This document shows, one piece after another, positions 9,218 through 22,782 of a stretch of 64,000 bases of DNA. Location: the NCBI GenBank assembly GCA_026936335.1, contig JAPMXV010000010.1, forward strand, positions 228,483-292,482. Direction: 5' to 3'. The stretch comes from Mantamonas sphyraenae STR306. Lineage: Eukaryota > Protista > CRuMs. The notes beneath the pieces were generated by a model. It saw only the letters and a list, made by a program, of their open reading frames with translations. It ran no database searches and had not been told where the DNA came from. Position numbers and translations under genes: made by a program. How positions within the stretch are numbered: position 1 is the stretch's first letter; each line of letters starts with the position of its first letter.

Positions 9218-11195
9218 TCAACCGCTGTGCGTGGCCGCCTCGGCATCCGCAGCATCCATCTTGTCGTAAAAGGTGGCGACGGAAGAGAGATCGACGGTGT
9301 TGAGGTTCTTGAGCTGGGACTCGTCCTCGGAGGCACCTCCGAAAATGACGAGGAGGTTGTCCGGGGTCAGGACGACGTCGTGGCCCGAGCGACCGAGGGA
9401 CGGGGTGCCAGACACGTCGTAGACGCGGTTCCACTGCTTCTTGCTGGTGTTGTAGAAGGAGACAGAGTTGTCGTAGCCCCAGCTGTTCTCGCCGCCAAAG
9501 GTGACGAGGACGTTGCCGTTGAAGGTGGTTGCGGTGTGGGTGCTGATGTTGTCAAAGACACTCTCGTAGGGACCGGCCCACTCCATGGTCTTGGTGTTGA
9601 GCACGTACAGCTGGTTGGAGTAGTTCTTTCCAAACAGACCCGAGCTGACACCTCCGTACACGTACATAAACTCGTCGACGAGGTTGGCGGTGTGGTAAGC
9701 CAGCGGGCTCGGGGCCGGACCAGAGATCTTGACGTCGCGCATGTCCACCCACGCGTTGTTGTTTGTGTCAAACAGGGCCAAGTTGTCCAGGTAGATCTCT
9801 TCGCCCGAGAGGGTGGACAGACCGCCATGGAAGAGGATGATGCCGTGGTCCTTGTTCAGGGCAGCAGCGTGGCCGAAACGTGCCGTCATGGGCTCGCCCG
9901 TGACCTCGACCACATTCCACTCCAGCTCCTCCTTGCTGGTGTCCAGCACGTACATGTTGTCGTCGGCAGCCGAGCCCAGCTCGTTCAGGCCGCCAAACAC
10001 GTACAGGTTGTTGCCCACAAGGGTGGCCGTGTGCGAATGGCGCGGCGACGGCACAGAGCCGCTCTGCTCGCAGCGTGTCCACGTGTACGACTCTGTGTGC
10101 GATGGGAGAAGGAGGAGGAGGGACGGGAGAGAGATGTCAGTCAACCACTTGAGACGAATACCCAACCCAGCACGAGGATGAGCACATACCCAAGTCCAGC
10201 TTGTAAATCTGGTTGGAACAGTCGCCGTTGCTGCGCACACCGCCAAACAGGAGCACAGTGGTGTCGTTGATGAGCGTGAGGGTGTGGTGCTTGCGTTCGG
10301 TGGGGATGGCTCCCTGGACCTCGGGTGCGTCCCACTTGAGGACCACTGTGCAGGTGGACGGTCGCGGTGAGTCACATGGTGGGTGTCAGTACGGTCCAAC
10401 TGTGCACACAACAACGAGCACAGACAGCCGGCAAAAAGCAAGCAAACGCACCTTCGGCCTTTCGGCGCGGGCGCCAGTTGAACATGCGCTGCACAACCTC
10501 TGCCTTGGCTGTGTGTGTGGTGTGACGTGTGAGTGACGTGTGCACAGAGTGCGCTTGTGCGATGGCCGGACTCGACTTTGTTGCCGCCGTAGCTCGCCCG
10601 AGGCGAATTGGCACAGAGAGGGGAAAATTGGCAAACGGGCAGCCCCTGGCACACCTCTCTGGCATCACCAGAGTTGTGTGCGACCCGTGTACGCAGACAG
10701 GATGTGGACTTGGCCCTGTGTGTGTGGCTTGGCATGGACGCGCTGGGAAAAGAGCAACCACGTACGGCGAATGAAATACTGGGTCTCGCCCTTGAGCGGG
10801 ATCATGGTCTTGCCGTCGATGTCCAACGGGATAATCACGCCCTCGTTGTCCACAAGCAGGGCGTTGGCACCGAACGTGCCGTTGACCGCCAGCTGGCCGG
10901 CGTCGTCCACGTAAACGTCTTGTCCAGAAATGTTGACGGTGGTCCTGGAGTGTGACAACGGCAAGCAGAGTGGGCAGAGTGGGTGTGCCGAATCGTGCTC
11001 TTTCGTGTCAGTGCTTTCCCTCTCCATTCCACCCTCTACTGCCCTTTCCGTCAAGGTGTGCATGCGCCCAACCTGCCCCTCTCTGTGCTGTGACAGCCTC
11101 TGTGGTCTTCCCCGGTGTGGTGGAAACGTACATGATGAAATGGGGTGGTTACAGTAGAGCAGAGCTCGCACCTGCTCCCCAACCCAACAATGCAT
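9218..11195 (-). CDS. Kelch-repeat beta-propeller protein (multi-exon; 5' end uncertain)
   Basis: Repeated PSPRHSHTATLVGNNLYVFGG / YVYGG / VIFGG kelch blades. Exons near 9218-10092, 10190-10347 and 10767-10945 are separated by GT-AG introns. Confidence 0.82.
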
Positions 11196-11268
11196 GGAAG
11201 GACTCCATTCACCACCACCAAACAACAACAGTCGATACTAGCGATCTGCACATCCTTTCCTGCTTCAT

Positions 11269-12750
11269 TTACTCGGCATTCTCGGCGAAAAAGTCCTTGC
11301 AAGTCTGGACCACATAGTCGCGCTGTTCCTGAGTGAGCTCGGGGAAGATGGGCAGCGAGAGGAGCTGAGGGGCAGCCTCGGTGGCCACGGGCAGCTTGTC
11401 GGTGAAGTGCTCGAGGTTCTTGTAGCAGCCGAGCTTGTGGATGGGGATCGGGTAGTGGATGCCCGCGCCGACGCCACGCTCGTTCAGGTAGTCCTTGATG
11501 GCGTCACGGTGCTTGGTGCGCACGACATACAGATGCCACACGGGGTCGGCCCAGTCCGAGGTGGTGGGCAGCACAAAGTCGCCCACGCCCTCCAACTGCT
11601 TGTTGTAGTCGGCGGCACTCTCCTTGCGGCTGTTGTTCCAGTCGTCCATGTACTTGAGCTTGACATCGAGCACGGCGGCCTGCACAGTGTCCAGGCGCGA
11701 ATTGCCGCCCTCGCTGTCGTGGTGGTACTTGACCTTGGAGCCCCAGTTGCGCCAGAGACGAATCTTCTCGGCGAGCTCAGTGTTGTTGGTCACCACACAG
11801 CCGGCGTCACCGTATGCACCCAGGTTCTTGCCCGGATAGAAGGAAAAGGTGCCCATGTCACCAAAGGTGCCGATGCGCTTGCCCTTGTACTCTGCGCCGT
11901 GGGCCTGCGAGCAGTCCTCGATGACCAGCAGGTTGTACTTCTTGGCAATCTCCAGAATCGGGTCCATGTCAGCCGGGTGGCCGTACAGGTGCACCTGTGT
12001 GTGGTCAATCCGTGTGCGCCGATGTCCACAGCAGGGCGTGCGTGCAATGAGCAGTGTCAGCAGGCCGTATGTGCACCAGGAGTCCGGAAAGAGGGCTTCC
12101 GGGACGCGGGCTCCCGTGAGCCGACCGTTTCCGGAAACAACGCGGGCAAAAAACGTACAGGGATGATGGCCTTGGTCTTGTCGGTGATGGCCTCCTCGAG
12201 CTTGCTCACGTCCATCATCATGTTGTCCTCGCAGCAGTCGACCTGAGAGTGGGCGCCCGTGGTGTCAGCATGCCTGTCTGTTGCGTGGGTCGGGGAAACG
12301 TGGCGCACGAGGCTACACGGACAAAAGGCAAAACGCAGCACCCGGCCTCGCTGCAGCCAAATCCAGCATGCAGCATGCACACACACACACACACACACGC
12401 TCTCCAACCTGCCCCACGCGCTCACTTACCAGCACAATGTCGGCGTCGCAGTTCGAGGCACCCTGGCAGGTGGCCACAAAGGTGTTGGCTTGCGTGATGA
12501 CCTCGTCACCTGCGGTGACGCCCGCAGCCCAGCAGGCGATCTCGATGGCGTCGGTTCCGTTTCCCACACCAATGCAGTGGTCCACACCCACCCACTTGGC
12601 AAAGTTATCCTCAAAGGTTTTCATCTGCGGACCCTGGATGAAGGCGCACGAGTCGATCACCTCGTGGATCGCCGCGTCCACCTCTTCCTTGATCACGTTG
12701 TAGTTGGCCTTCAGGTCAACGAGCGGAATGTTCATCTTTGCGCTGGACAT
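11269..12750 (-). CDS. DegT/DnrJ/EryC1/StrS-family PLP-dependent nucleotide-sugar aminotransferase
   Basis: Motifs [47 protein letters not shown] (PLP Lys) and NSRLD. Exons 12430-12750, 12159-12242 and 11269-11994. Confidence 0.93.
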
Positions 12751-12971
12751 CTTGATTCGTAGGGGGGTTGTTTTGCGTTCGGTGTGCACACAAGTGGTCC
12801 ACCCGGCGCATCGCAACCCCGAGCGTTTTTGTGGGCCCAATTTCCACCAGACTGGGGCAGAATTTGGCGGCACCCCACAAAACACCCCATGTGTGTTGTC
12901 TGTGGACACCAGTGTGTACCCATGAGCCTGCATGCACGCGCTTGGGCAAACAACGTTTTTCCGCACTCTCC

Positions 12972-15691
12972 ATGCTCGACCTCGTGATTGTGCCCAAGGA
13001 GGGCACGGACCAGTTCCAGATCGGCATGACAATGGCCGACGTCATCACCAAGTTGCAGAACAACCCAAAAAAGTACACTCGGGTGGAGGTGCGCTACTTG
13101 GATGCGCAACCGTTTGCCACGTACATCACCCTCAGGTTGCCCGAGGACGGCTTCCAGCTCAAGTTTGACCCCATTTCCCAGCGGTTGGTCGTCGTGGAGG
13201 TGTATGACCTGAGCCTGGTCAAGATCATCTACGATGGGGCCGTGCTTTCCGGTCCCGAGATTCCCGCCACCTTCCGCAAAGTCTTTGACCTCTTCAAGAT
13301 TGCCAGTCCGGGCGACTACGACCCACAGCGACACGTGTACAACCAACACTATGGCGTAAGTGACTGTGTGCTCCCTGCAACGGTGTGCATGGATCTGCCG
13401 CCTGCCCACCGTCCAACGTCAAAGGAAAATGGCCACGCGTTTGCGTCAGCGCTGTCCCACGCCTCGCCGCAACCCTACACACTGCTGACCAATCACACAC
13501 TTGCCCACTTGCACTGCACATCGCCGCACAGGGGATTACCTTTGTGTTTCCCATCCCAGAGGAGTTTGACGAGCTGTACCGGAATCCGGAACAAGGTGGG
13601 TGTCGGGTGTTTGGGCGACACGAGAGTGAGCGAGGGAGTGCGGCTGACACGCAGGCACACACGCTTCAGAGATGCCCACCAAGCTGCCAGACGGCACCAT
13701 TCCGTGTGCCTCACGCATTTGTGTGTACAATGGACGCTATGAACGGCCCGTGCTGCCTAGGTTGTCGGCCAAAAACACGCTGTACTTTGAGCCGGTGGAA
13801 GTCGAGGTTGGTTTTCCTCCTGCACGCGTACGCCCATCCCGTCCCAGCAGCACAGCTCTGACACACCCATGCATACACACACCACCTCCCCCGTTTGCAG
13901 CTGGGCAAGGGAGTGCACTTTACCAAACGCAAAGTGTGGCTGCGCTTTGGTGACGACGTGCAGAGTGCACTGCGCAGTCTCGGCGCACCCGAGTCTGTGT
14001 ATTACAAACATGTGAGTGTTGTGGAAAGTGATGTGTGAGGGCCATGCGGGGCAAGGGAGGATGAGAGACGTGAACACACTGCTCACACATCCACACAGAT
14101 TGCTAGCGTGGCGAGCGGAGGCAAGGTGGACAGCGACGACTACGTCACACCGCGCGCAGACTACTTTTTCAACTACTACACCCTGGGCATGGACATCCTC
14201 ATGGACGGATACACACACACCATCAAGAAGTTTGTGCTGCACACCAACCTGCCAGGCCATTACGACTTTAACCGCTACCGAAAGTGCAACTTTTTCCTCA
14301 AGGTGCCCTCGTACGTCAAGGACAAAGTGCGACAGCAGTCCTCTTCCTCTTCCTCTTCCTCTTCCTCCTCCTCTTCCGCCCAGTCTGGCAGTGACTTTGT
14401 GCACGCAGACGAGCACTGGAGCAGGGTGCAGGAACAGTTTGGCGACGCCGGCCCGCCGCTGATGAAGAGCGCCAGCGAAAAGAACCCGTTCAACCAGACC
14501 AAGTTTTACATCTACACCCACGTGGTGTTTGAGATTGTGGTCAAGAACGGCCACATCTCCTCAGTCAGCCTGTTCAAGGATGCCGACGGCGAGGCGGCTG
14601 AAAAGCTTGCCGTGTCGGAGGCCGCAACGGCCTCAGGCAAGGGGAAGGAGACAGTGTCTGGCACGGACAACACCACACACACGCATAGCAGTAGCAGCAA
14701 CAACAACACGGCCACGGTTGCCATCGAGGAGTACACAGGGACACAGGAGAGCAACAGCACCACCAGCAGCAGCATCACGTCTCACGAGCCCATCACCCTT
14801 GTGCGAAGGACAACCGGCAACACAGGCAGCAGCAGAACGACATCCACGACGACGACGACGACGGCAGCGGCGGCGGCGCAGGATGCCGATGTACAGAACG
14901 GTGGCAGCGACGCAGGGTTTGTCTTTGGAGCAAACAGCAACAGCAACAACGGCGGCACGGGCACGGGCACAACAACAACAACAGCCAGTGTGACCGTGGG
15001 ACAACCATCCACACACTCCATCACAGACAGGGTCGAACAAACCATGCTCGACGTCGCCTCGGCGTTGCCTGATTCTCGGGGCAGCGGGACTCGGACATTC
15101 GCCGGCCTCAGCACCAGTGACGCTGGCACCACGTCCAACACCATGACCACCACACACACATTGCAGACTCATAGCCTCGACAACGACGACGATACGGAAG
15201 GCCGCCGCGACGAAAGCCCCGAAGCAAACTTGGTCAGCCTTGGCAGCAGCCCGGAACCTCAGTCAGGCAACTTGCAGGGGGCGTGGAGCACTCGGTCAGG
15301 CTCATCGCTGTTTGAGACCACAAACAACAATGGCACTGGCGGCGATGCCAACAACGATGAAAGCGGGCCGGCCATTGTGTGGCAGACCGACGAGGGCATG
15401 ACCCTTCTGCCGTCTGCATCCTCGCACGACGACGACGGCGATGCATACGGACAGGGCACATCCGAACCCACCACGCCTGTGTTTGTGGTGGACGACGACG
15501 CCCTGGGCGACTTTGACAACGACGACGGCTTCGAGCCGGTCTCTGCGCCGCGTGGACGCCGTCGCATCAACAGCGGCGAAGGAGAGCGCACACAATGGCC
15601 CCGCGTCGGTGACTTTACCTTTACCTTTCGCACAGCGTCCACACAGAATGACTGGGAACACTTGCCAAGGGAGAGCGAGGATGCGGAGTAG
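12972..15691 (+). CDS. PHAF1: PHAF1/C16orf70 (UPF0183) protein with long low-complexity C-terminal tail (multi-exon)
   Basis: DYFFNYYTLGMDIL...KKFVLHTNLPGHYDFNRYRKCNF signature. N-terminal exon FQIGMTMADVI...LKFDPISQRL. Confidence 0.88.
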
Positions 15692-15743
15692 CCGCCAAGG
15701 CAAAAGAAATCCAACCCATTGTGATCAAGCACACCGTAGCATC

Positions 15744-16329
15744 ATGAGTTCCAGTGTGATTTCGTTGCCCTATCTCATCCGTGTTGTGCGAGCGTACGAC
15801 CTACCGGCCGCAGACCGCAACGGGTTGTCCGACCCGTTTGTCAAGCTCATGCTGTGCAACAGCAGCCCCGAACAGACCTACACCACCAAAGTCATCGACA
15901 AGACAGTGGAGCCCGAATGGGACGAAGAATTCAAGTTGTACGTTGCCGAGAGGACCACACCACCGGGAAACGGCGTGCAGACCCGAGTCCGCACGCACTC
16001 ACACTCACACACATGGCCCACACTCAACCGCCACCGGTGATGGTGACACAATCACACACACACACACACACACACACAACTTCTTGCGCACACAGCATTG
16101 TGTTTGCGGGCGAGGCTGTGGAAAGCATGATCCAAGTGTCGGTGTACGACAAAGATTGGAACGGCAAAGACTACCTGGGCGGCGTCAAGGTGGATCTGGC
16201 GCCCATTGTGGCGGACGGAAAGGAGCATCACTTCTGCGAGTACCAACTGCGTGACAAAGAACACAACCCAAGTGGCGTCATTGTGCTCAGTTTCACGCCC
16301 ATCAAACGCAAGAGCAAACACACCAGCCG

Positions 16330-16369
<40 letters not shown>

Positions 16370-17329
16370 CTGGCCAGCTCCACTCCCGTGCGCAGCGCAA
16401 GCTCGGGCATGCTCGCCAGCGACAAGGTTGTCCATGGCTCTGCATCACACAAGGCCCACGCATCGGCGTTGGAGCAGGCGCCGCCAGCCGAGGGAGGGCC
16501 GCAACCCAACACCAAGCCCAAGTCGCTCCTCAAACAGATCTCCGGCCTGGGCAAGAAGGACCACGGCGACAAGGATAAGGCGAGTTCCACCTCGAGCAGC
16601 ACCAAAGACGCAGGCGACAAGGGAAAGACCGCCAGTGACAAAGGAAGCAGCAGCGGTGGAGGCGGCGGCAACAGCAGCAGCGGCTCCAGCAAGGCGATCG
16701 TCGAAGACACCAAAGCAAAGAAGCCCGGCATGTTTGCCGCCGGCACCAACCTTTTCAAGCGTACAAACTCCAAGGCTCGCATGCGGGACAACAAAAAGAT
16801 GAAGGAGGTGTCGTTGATCACGGGCGACTTTCGCATCACCGTCGTCCGCGCCAGCGGGCTGCGTGCGGCTGATAGCAACGGCACAAGCGATCCGTACTGC
16901 ACATTTACGTACGGCGGCATCACTCACACCACAAAAGTGGTGGAAAAGACTCTGGAGCCCGAGTTTGACGAGGCCTTTGTGTGCACCTTTGACCCCGAAG
17001 AGGACACCAAGATTGTCATCGACGTCTACGACAAGGATGCCCTCGCCGACGACTTTCTGGGCCGTGTCATCATCGACCTGAAGGAACACATCAAGAAGAA
17101 CGAGCTGCTGGAGCTGCCCCTGGGCGAAAAGTCGGTTCGCAGCAAGCGGGACCTCGCCACAGGCACTCTCGAGGTCCATCTGGAAACCCAAAAGATCACC
17201 AAGGATATGATCAACAAGGCCAAAGTGGTGGTCAAGTCTCGCCGCGCCGTCACACCGCCCGCAGGCAGCTTTGACCTCGTCGTGGTGTTTTTCTTCTGCC
17301 TCCTCGCCTTTCTCTGGCGCAACGTATGA
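15744..17329 (+). CDS. Two-C2-domain protein with C-terminal transmembrane anchor
   Basis: AYDLPAADRNGLSDPFV and ASGLRAADSNGTSDPY C2 motifs. Intron 15938-16095. Hydrophobic C-terminus. Confidence 0.85.
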
Positions 17330-17391
17330 GGCTGCCACCGCGCGCCCCGCACACACCCTGTTACCAACAACCCCTCCTCCTTGCTCTCTCC

Positions 17392-17913
17392 TCACCTGGC
17401 CCTGTACAGTTTGTTGATCTGATCCAGCAGCGGGTCTGCCTTGCCGTCAACAATCAACGCTTCTTTGATCACCACAGCCGGCCCCACTTCCTCTTGCGTC
17501 TCCTCCGTCATGCCGCCACCGTCTTCCGTTTCCATGGCACCCACCGCCTGTGTATCCTCCATCTCTCCCCGCTCGTCGCTGTCTTTGCTGCCCTCCTTCT
17601 CCTCTGCGTGCACACGTCGCACCGACGCAGGACTCGACGACCCTGTCGTCGATTGGCGGTCGCTTCCGTCCCTGCTCTTGCGCTGCCTCCTGAACATCTC
17701 GTCCACAGTCATGTTTGTGCCTGCATTCATTCTCCCACGACTGCCTGTTGACGCAGTCGTGGAGCCCTCTACGTTGGCGCCCGCATCCACGTTTGCCACA
17801 CGCTGCCGCTTCAAGCCCTCCAGCCGCACCGATTCGCTTTCGGAGTTCACTCGTGCCGTGTCTGGACGCAATGTCCTCGCCTCTTCTGTGCTGTGTGTGT
17901 GTGTGGACGACAT
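17392..17913 (-). CDS. Hypothetical small charged protein
   Basis: ORF fills the gap between flanking genes with host-like codon use; no recognisable motif. Confidence 0.35.
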   Translation of the reverse strand: MSSTHTHSTEEARTLRPDTARVNSESESVRLEGLKRQRVANVDAGANVEGSTTASTGSRGRMNAGTNMTVDEMFRRQRKSRDGSDRQSTTGSSSPASVRRVHAEEKEGSKDSDERGEMEDTQAVGAMETEDGGGMTEETQEEVGPAVVIKEALIVDGKADPLLDQINKLYRAR

Positions 17914-18009
17914 TGAGCGCTCACGTGCACTTGCAAACGAGGTTGTTTTGTTGTGGCCTCCCCACCGCGCGCTGCTGCCCCACACTCTCAACATTGGCTT
18001 CCCCATCCA

Positions 18010-19118
18010 TCAAATCAATGGATCGTACGCCCACTGCAGCAGAGCCTGTCGCTGTCGAGGTCGGCACTCGCAATCGCCCTTTTCGCAGTTCTTCTTGACC
18101 TGTCCTTCGTGGCGTCGGAATGAGCGCCAGCGCTGGATCTGCTTGCGGTCCACATCTGGGAGACGGCGTCCCATGTAGTAACGGCAATACCACTGGAACC
18201 AGCCGCGCAGGTCGGCGTCCAGATGCTCCAGACCACCCAGTGGCGACCACTTTTTCTCTCGCCACACCTCCAGTGGCTGCCTACTCTTGATGTTGAAGTA
18301 GTTGATGGAAAACGCAGGCGTTCCAGGGCGAAGCTTGCCCTTTTGCAGTGCCTCCTCGTACCACTCGCGTGGAAACTCCAGAAGGCAGTCGTTCAGGTAC
18401 TTGCCCTCAAAGACGCCCATGCTGAGCATCTCCTTGGGCGTCAGCTTCGGCTCGAATCCCTCGGCGTAGTTCTTGCCCATTTCCTCGTCCAGTGTGTACA
18501 CATAGTCCTTTTGCATCTTGTCCCACACGTACACCGTATCCCCCTTGCTGACCTCCTTCTCACTGCGGCAGTACTTCTTGAAATCCTCGTGCTCCAGGAT
18601 CGCACGCATGTCCTTGGTGGTTGAGCTGCAATCGGTGCACACACGTCCGCAAACACCATTCCACACCCTTTCTGTGTCAGTTTCCGTGCAACATGCCCCT
18701 CCTCGTGCCCCGGCGACTTCCAGCTTTCGCTGGCGATCACACCCTGCCAAAAACACGCCGGCTTCCCGCCATATGGCTCCGCCCACTCCCTCGGCCATAC
18801 TCACATCGACGCAATCATCTCACGCAGTTCGTTCGGGTACTTCTTTGCCGTCGACTGCTTCTCGTAGCCCAATTTGCTGTAACCGGCCACCTTGTAGTCG
18901 TCGTCCCCGTCGTCGCCGTCGTCGTACCTCAATTCCGCCTCTCGCTTGCTGCTGCTGCTTCTCTTTGCTTTTCCCTTTGCCTTGGCACTCCTTTCGCTCC
19001 CTCTCTGCCTCTTCGTGTCTGATCCTTCACTGTTGCTCGTTTCTCCGTCAACGTTTCCCGTCTCATCGCCCAACACTTCCTCTCGCTTCCTCTTTACGTC
19101 TGCGCTCGTGCTACTCAT
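18010..19118 (-). CDS. Conserved uncharacterised 'GWFQWYCRYY' family protein
   Basis: LTPKEMLSMGVFEGKY...RGWFQWYCRYYMGRR...DRKQIQRW...RQRQALLQWAYD. The phase-2 intron 18626-18804 joins a basic/acidic first exon. Confidence 0.75.
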
Positions 19119-19260
19119 GAATGTTCGCAATGGGTGGATGTGGTGTCGATGAATGATCGCGCCGCGTTTGGCAAAAATGACGAGATTTTTTTGTTTGCGG
19201 TGGTTCCCCATGCGCGCTCCCTGCTCGCAATCACACACCCGCGTGCACACATTGCACACA

Positions 19261-19814
19261 TCATGCGGAAGGCTCCACAAGAACATCCCCGGTGATCTCC
19301 TCCGGAATGTCCAGGCCCATGATGGACAGGATGGTTGGTGCGACGTCGCCCAACTTGCCACCCACAGCCTTGTCCTGCAACTCCTTCTTCACCTGAAAGT
19401 CGTGCGTGCAGATGTTGAAAGGCACCGGTGCACACGTGTGCGCGGTGTGCGGCTCTCCGTTGTTCAGCATCTTTTCCGCGTTGCCGTGATCCGAGGTTAC
19501 AAACAGCACGTATCCGTGCTCCTGGCACGCGTCAAAGATCTTGCCAATGGTTGCGTCGGTGGCTGTCACTGCCTCCACCGTCGGCTGGTACTGACCGGTG
19601 TGGCCCACCATGTCAGGCGGAGCCAGGTTGCACATGACAAACTCGTACTTGCCGCTCGCCAGCGCGTTGCACATCGACTCTCCCACTCCTTCCAGACTCA
19701 TCTCTGGCTTCAGATCATACGTAGCCACCTTGGGCGACGGGACCATCTCGCGCTCCTCACGCTCAAACTGCGCCTCTTGCCCACCGTTGACTAAGGAACA
19801 CCCATCTGCTGTGT

Positions 19815-19864
<50 letters not shown>

Positions 19865-21156
19865 CAACCATCACGCAGAATTCAACACATCATCTCCGGG
19901 CATCAACGTACAAAAGAAAGTCACGTGCGCGTACTTCTCCGTCTCGGCCGTGTGGAATTGCGTCAGACCCTGCTTGCTGATCCACTCGGAGAGACAGTTG
20001 GTCACAGTGTTGGGTGCAAACAACACCTCAAAGGGAAAGTCGCCCTTGTACTGCGTCATCGTGGCAATGTGCAGCTCTTGCGGCGCCTGTTCCGACAACC
20101 AGTCCCCATCCTCGTTGTAGTCCACCAGCTTCGGTGCCAACTGATCCACCAGACCAAATGTGCTCACGATCTCGCGCATACGGTCGGAGCGAAAGTCGAT
20201 AAACACCAGAGTGTCCTTGTTTCCGATGCGGCCCTCGCTGTCTGCGATGATTGGCGTCAGAAACTCGTCCGTCTGACCCTCCTCGTATCGCTTGCGGATT
20301 GTGGCCACCGGATCGTCCGACTCTTCGCCCTTGCCCAGCACAAGGCCCTCCCACGCCACGCGGATGCGCTCCCACCGCGTGTCCCTGTCCATTGCGTAGT
20401 ACCGCCCCACAATGTCTGCCACCTTGCCATACTCCAGATCCGCCATGAACGATTGCAAGTCCTCAAGGTACCCTGCCGCAGACGTCGGTGCTGTGTCACG
20501 CCCGTCCGCAAAGAAGTGAACGTAGCTCGTCTCCACCCCTGCCGCCTTGGCTGCCTTCAGCATGCTCTTCAGATGGTCGATGTGAGCGTGCACGCCTCCG
20601 TCGCTCACCAGGCCCAGGAAGTGCACCTTTCCGCCCGACGTTGTCTTGGCACGCTCAAACGCATTGGCCAGTGCCGGAAGCGAGCCCATCTCCTCGTTCT
20701 TCACCGCCAGCTCGATGCGCACAATGTCTGCGTACACACAGACATTCACGCACACACACGTATGCACACACACACACACACACAAACAGCATGGCGCATC
20801 GACGACCGTATGTCATTGGACCGTTCCACGTTCGTGTCAGTTGCTGCTTGGGGAGAGGGCTGGCAACCCTCTTCCGGCTTTGCCAACATGGCCCACCCAC
20901 CTTGATAAACAACACGCCCGGCGCCAATGTTCAAATGGCCCACTTCCGAGTTGCCCATGAGGCCCTCGGGCAGACCCACATCCAAACCGTGTGCACACAG
21001 CGTCGTGTAGGGAAAGTCCTTTGCCAGCGCGTCCATCCTCGGCGTCTCTGCCGCTTCCACAGCGTTGCCCTCGCTCTCATCCGACACACCCCATCCATCG
21101 ATGCAGATCAGGCAAGCCTTGTTGCGTACTTCGCTCTTGGTATCACTGCTGCTCAT
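19261..21156 (-). CDS. gpmI: 2,3-bisphosphoglycerate-independent phosphoglycerate mutase (iPGM)
   Basis: CIDGWG, GLMGNSEVGHLNIGAGR, SDGGVHAH, GRYYAMDRD, AETEKYAHVTFF, PDMVGHTG and TSDHGNAE motifs; two introns. Confidence 0.96.
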
Positions 21157-21467
21157 GTGTTGCGGCGATTTGCTTTCAGGTGTTGCGACTCGCGCCTGCT
21201 CGGCCACTCACCTTTTGCCAGCGCGTGCCAATCCATGGGTTGTCGTCAGTCCAACGTCGAACGCTTGGACAACGTGCCTGATGCGCGCAAGCAGAAGGAA
21301 GACGGTGACGTCGTCGTCGAGGCTGAACCCTATGAAAAGGCGGAGTCCAGCAGCTGAGCAAGGTCGCCCCGGGCTCGCCTGCACACACCTCCTCTTCGCT
21401 TCCCCACCAACCAGAGAGGAGCGGTGTTTCATCACGCCGCTCCTCATCCTCCTCCTCTGTTCACTCC

Positions 21468-22762
21468 ATGCCTGCTCCGGGCGAATGGACCACTTTTGTT
21501 GCCGCTGCAAAAGTTGCTTCTGACTGGAGGCGCACCGTGCACACAAACCAGCAGAGCGTCCACTTTCGCGTTGCCGAAGCAGAGAGCACCTTTAGCGACA
21601 GCGACAAAGACGTCACCGACAACGACAATCTGCTGTGGCCCTTGCTGCGTGCAAACGGAGGCAAGGTTCTCTCCGCACAGTCCGCACAGCCCGTCCCTGT
21701 GGACGACCTCCTGCGAGACACACGCGTCATCGCGCTTTATTTCTCCGCACATTGGTGCAACCCGTGCAAACAGGTCAGTGTGTGTGTGAGAGAGAAAGAG
21801 AGTGAGAGAGAAGGAGCCAAGGTTGGGTTCGAGCCGTTTGCGAATGCTCACACCTGAACCCCCCCACCCACAGTTCACTCCCGACCTCATCAAACTCTAT
21901 CGCTCCATCAACGGCCTCTCAGAGGACGCAGAGGGGCAAACGAACGAATCGTCGTCCTCGTCCTCCTCATCCTCCTCGGCCTCCGACGAAACCGACGCTG
22001 CGCTCAAGTCCCGTCGCTTCGAGGTCATCTTTGTGTCGCAGGACCGTACGGCACGCGAATTTAAAAAGTATTTTGGCAGCATGCCCTTTGCCGCCCTGCC
22101 ATACGACGACGAGCGCGCAGACGACTTTGCCGACGTGTTCCAACTCAACGCCCTGCCCAAGCTTGTCCTCCTGGACTCGGAGGGCGCCGTCATTCACATG
22201 AACGGCCGTTCCGTGGTCACCAAAGACCTTGAAGGGAAAAAGTTCCCTTGGTCTCCCTTGCCAGGCATCCTGGCCAAGAACGGCGGCAATCTGACCCCGT
22301 ACGGGATGAACGCAGACCCTCTCAAGGCCTCAGTCTGGCTGGAGAACGTTGACTTTGTCATTATGTTCTTTTGCATCCAGCCCAACGCGCTCACCTGTCC
22401 TCCCTGCATCGATTTCGCCAAAACCCTGTCTCATCTGCGCGACACCCTCCTCGCCAAAGGGCGTGCGCGTCGACGTCCTCTTTATCTGTCAAAGCGTGGA
22501 CGAGGACTCTCAGAGCGCAAGCACCATGTTGCGCGATCGCCAGGACGACGTGCCCCTCGCCGGTACCGTCCACGACTTCCCGTGGGTGCGGCTGCCAACC
22601 GCCGATCCGCGTTCGGCCATTCTCGGCTCGCTATACGCAGCCAACGCCTGCCCCACATGCATCATCACCAACGCACACGGTGTCATCATCAATGGCAACG
22701 CTACGGACGACATTGTCAAGCACCCTGAAGGCAAGGGCTGGCCGTGGAGGCACAAAAACTGA
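21468..22762 (+). CDS. Nucleoredoxin/tryparedoxin-like two-domain thioredoxin (start uncertain; apparent frameshift near 22457)
   Basis: LYFSAHWCNPCK, FTPDLIKLY, FEVIFVSQD and KKFPW. The second domain has TCPPC and ends GWPW. Confidence 0.8.
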
Positions 22763-22782
22763 TCTTCACTGATCTTCAATTC

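Noticed and set aside
22440-22480. Programmed ribosomal frameshift in the nucleoredoxin gene
   Set aside because: A single extra base in AAAGGG fits a homopolymer sequencing error, and no stimulatory structure was seen.
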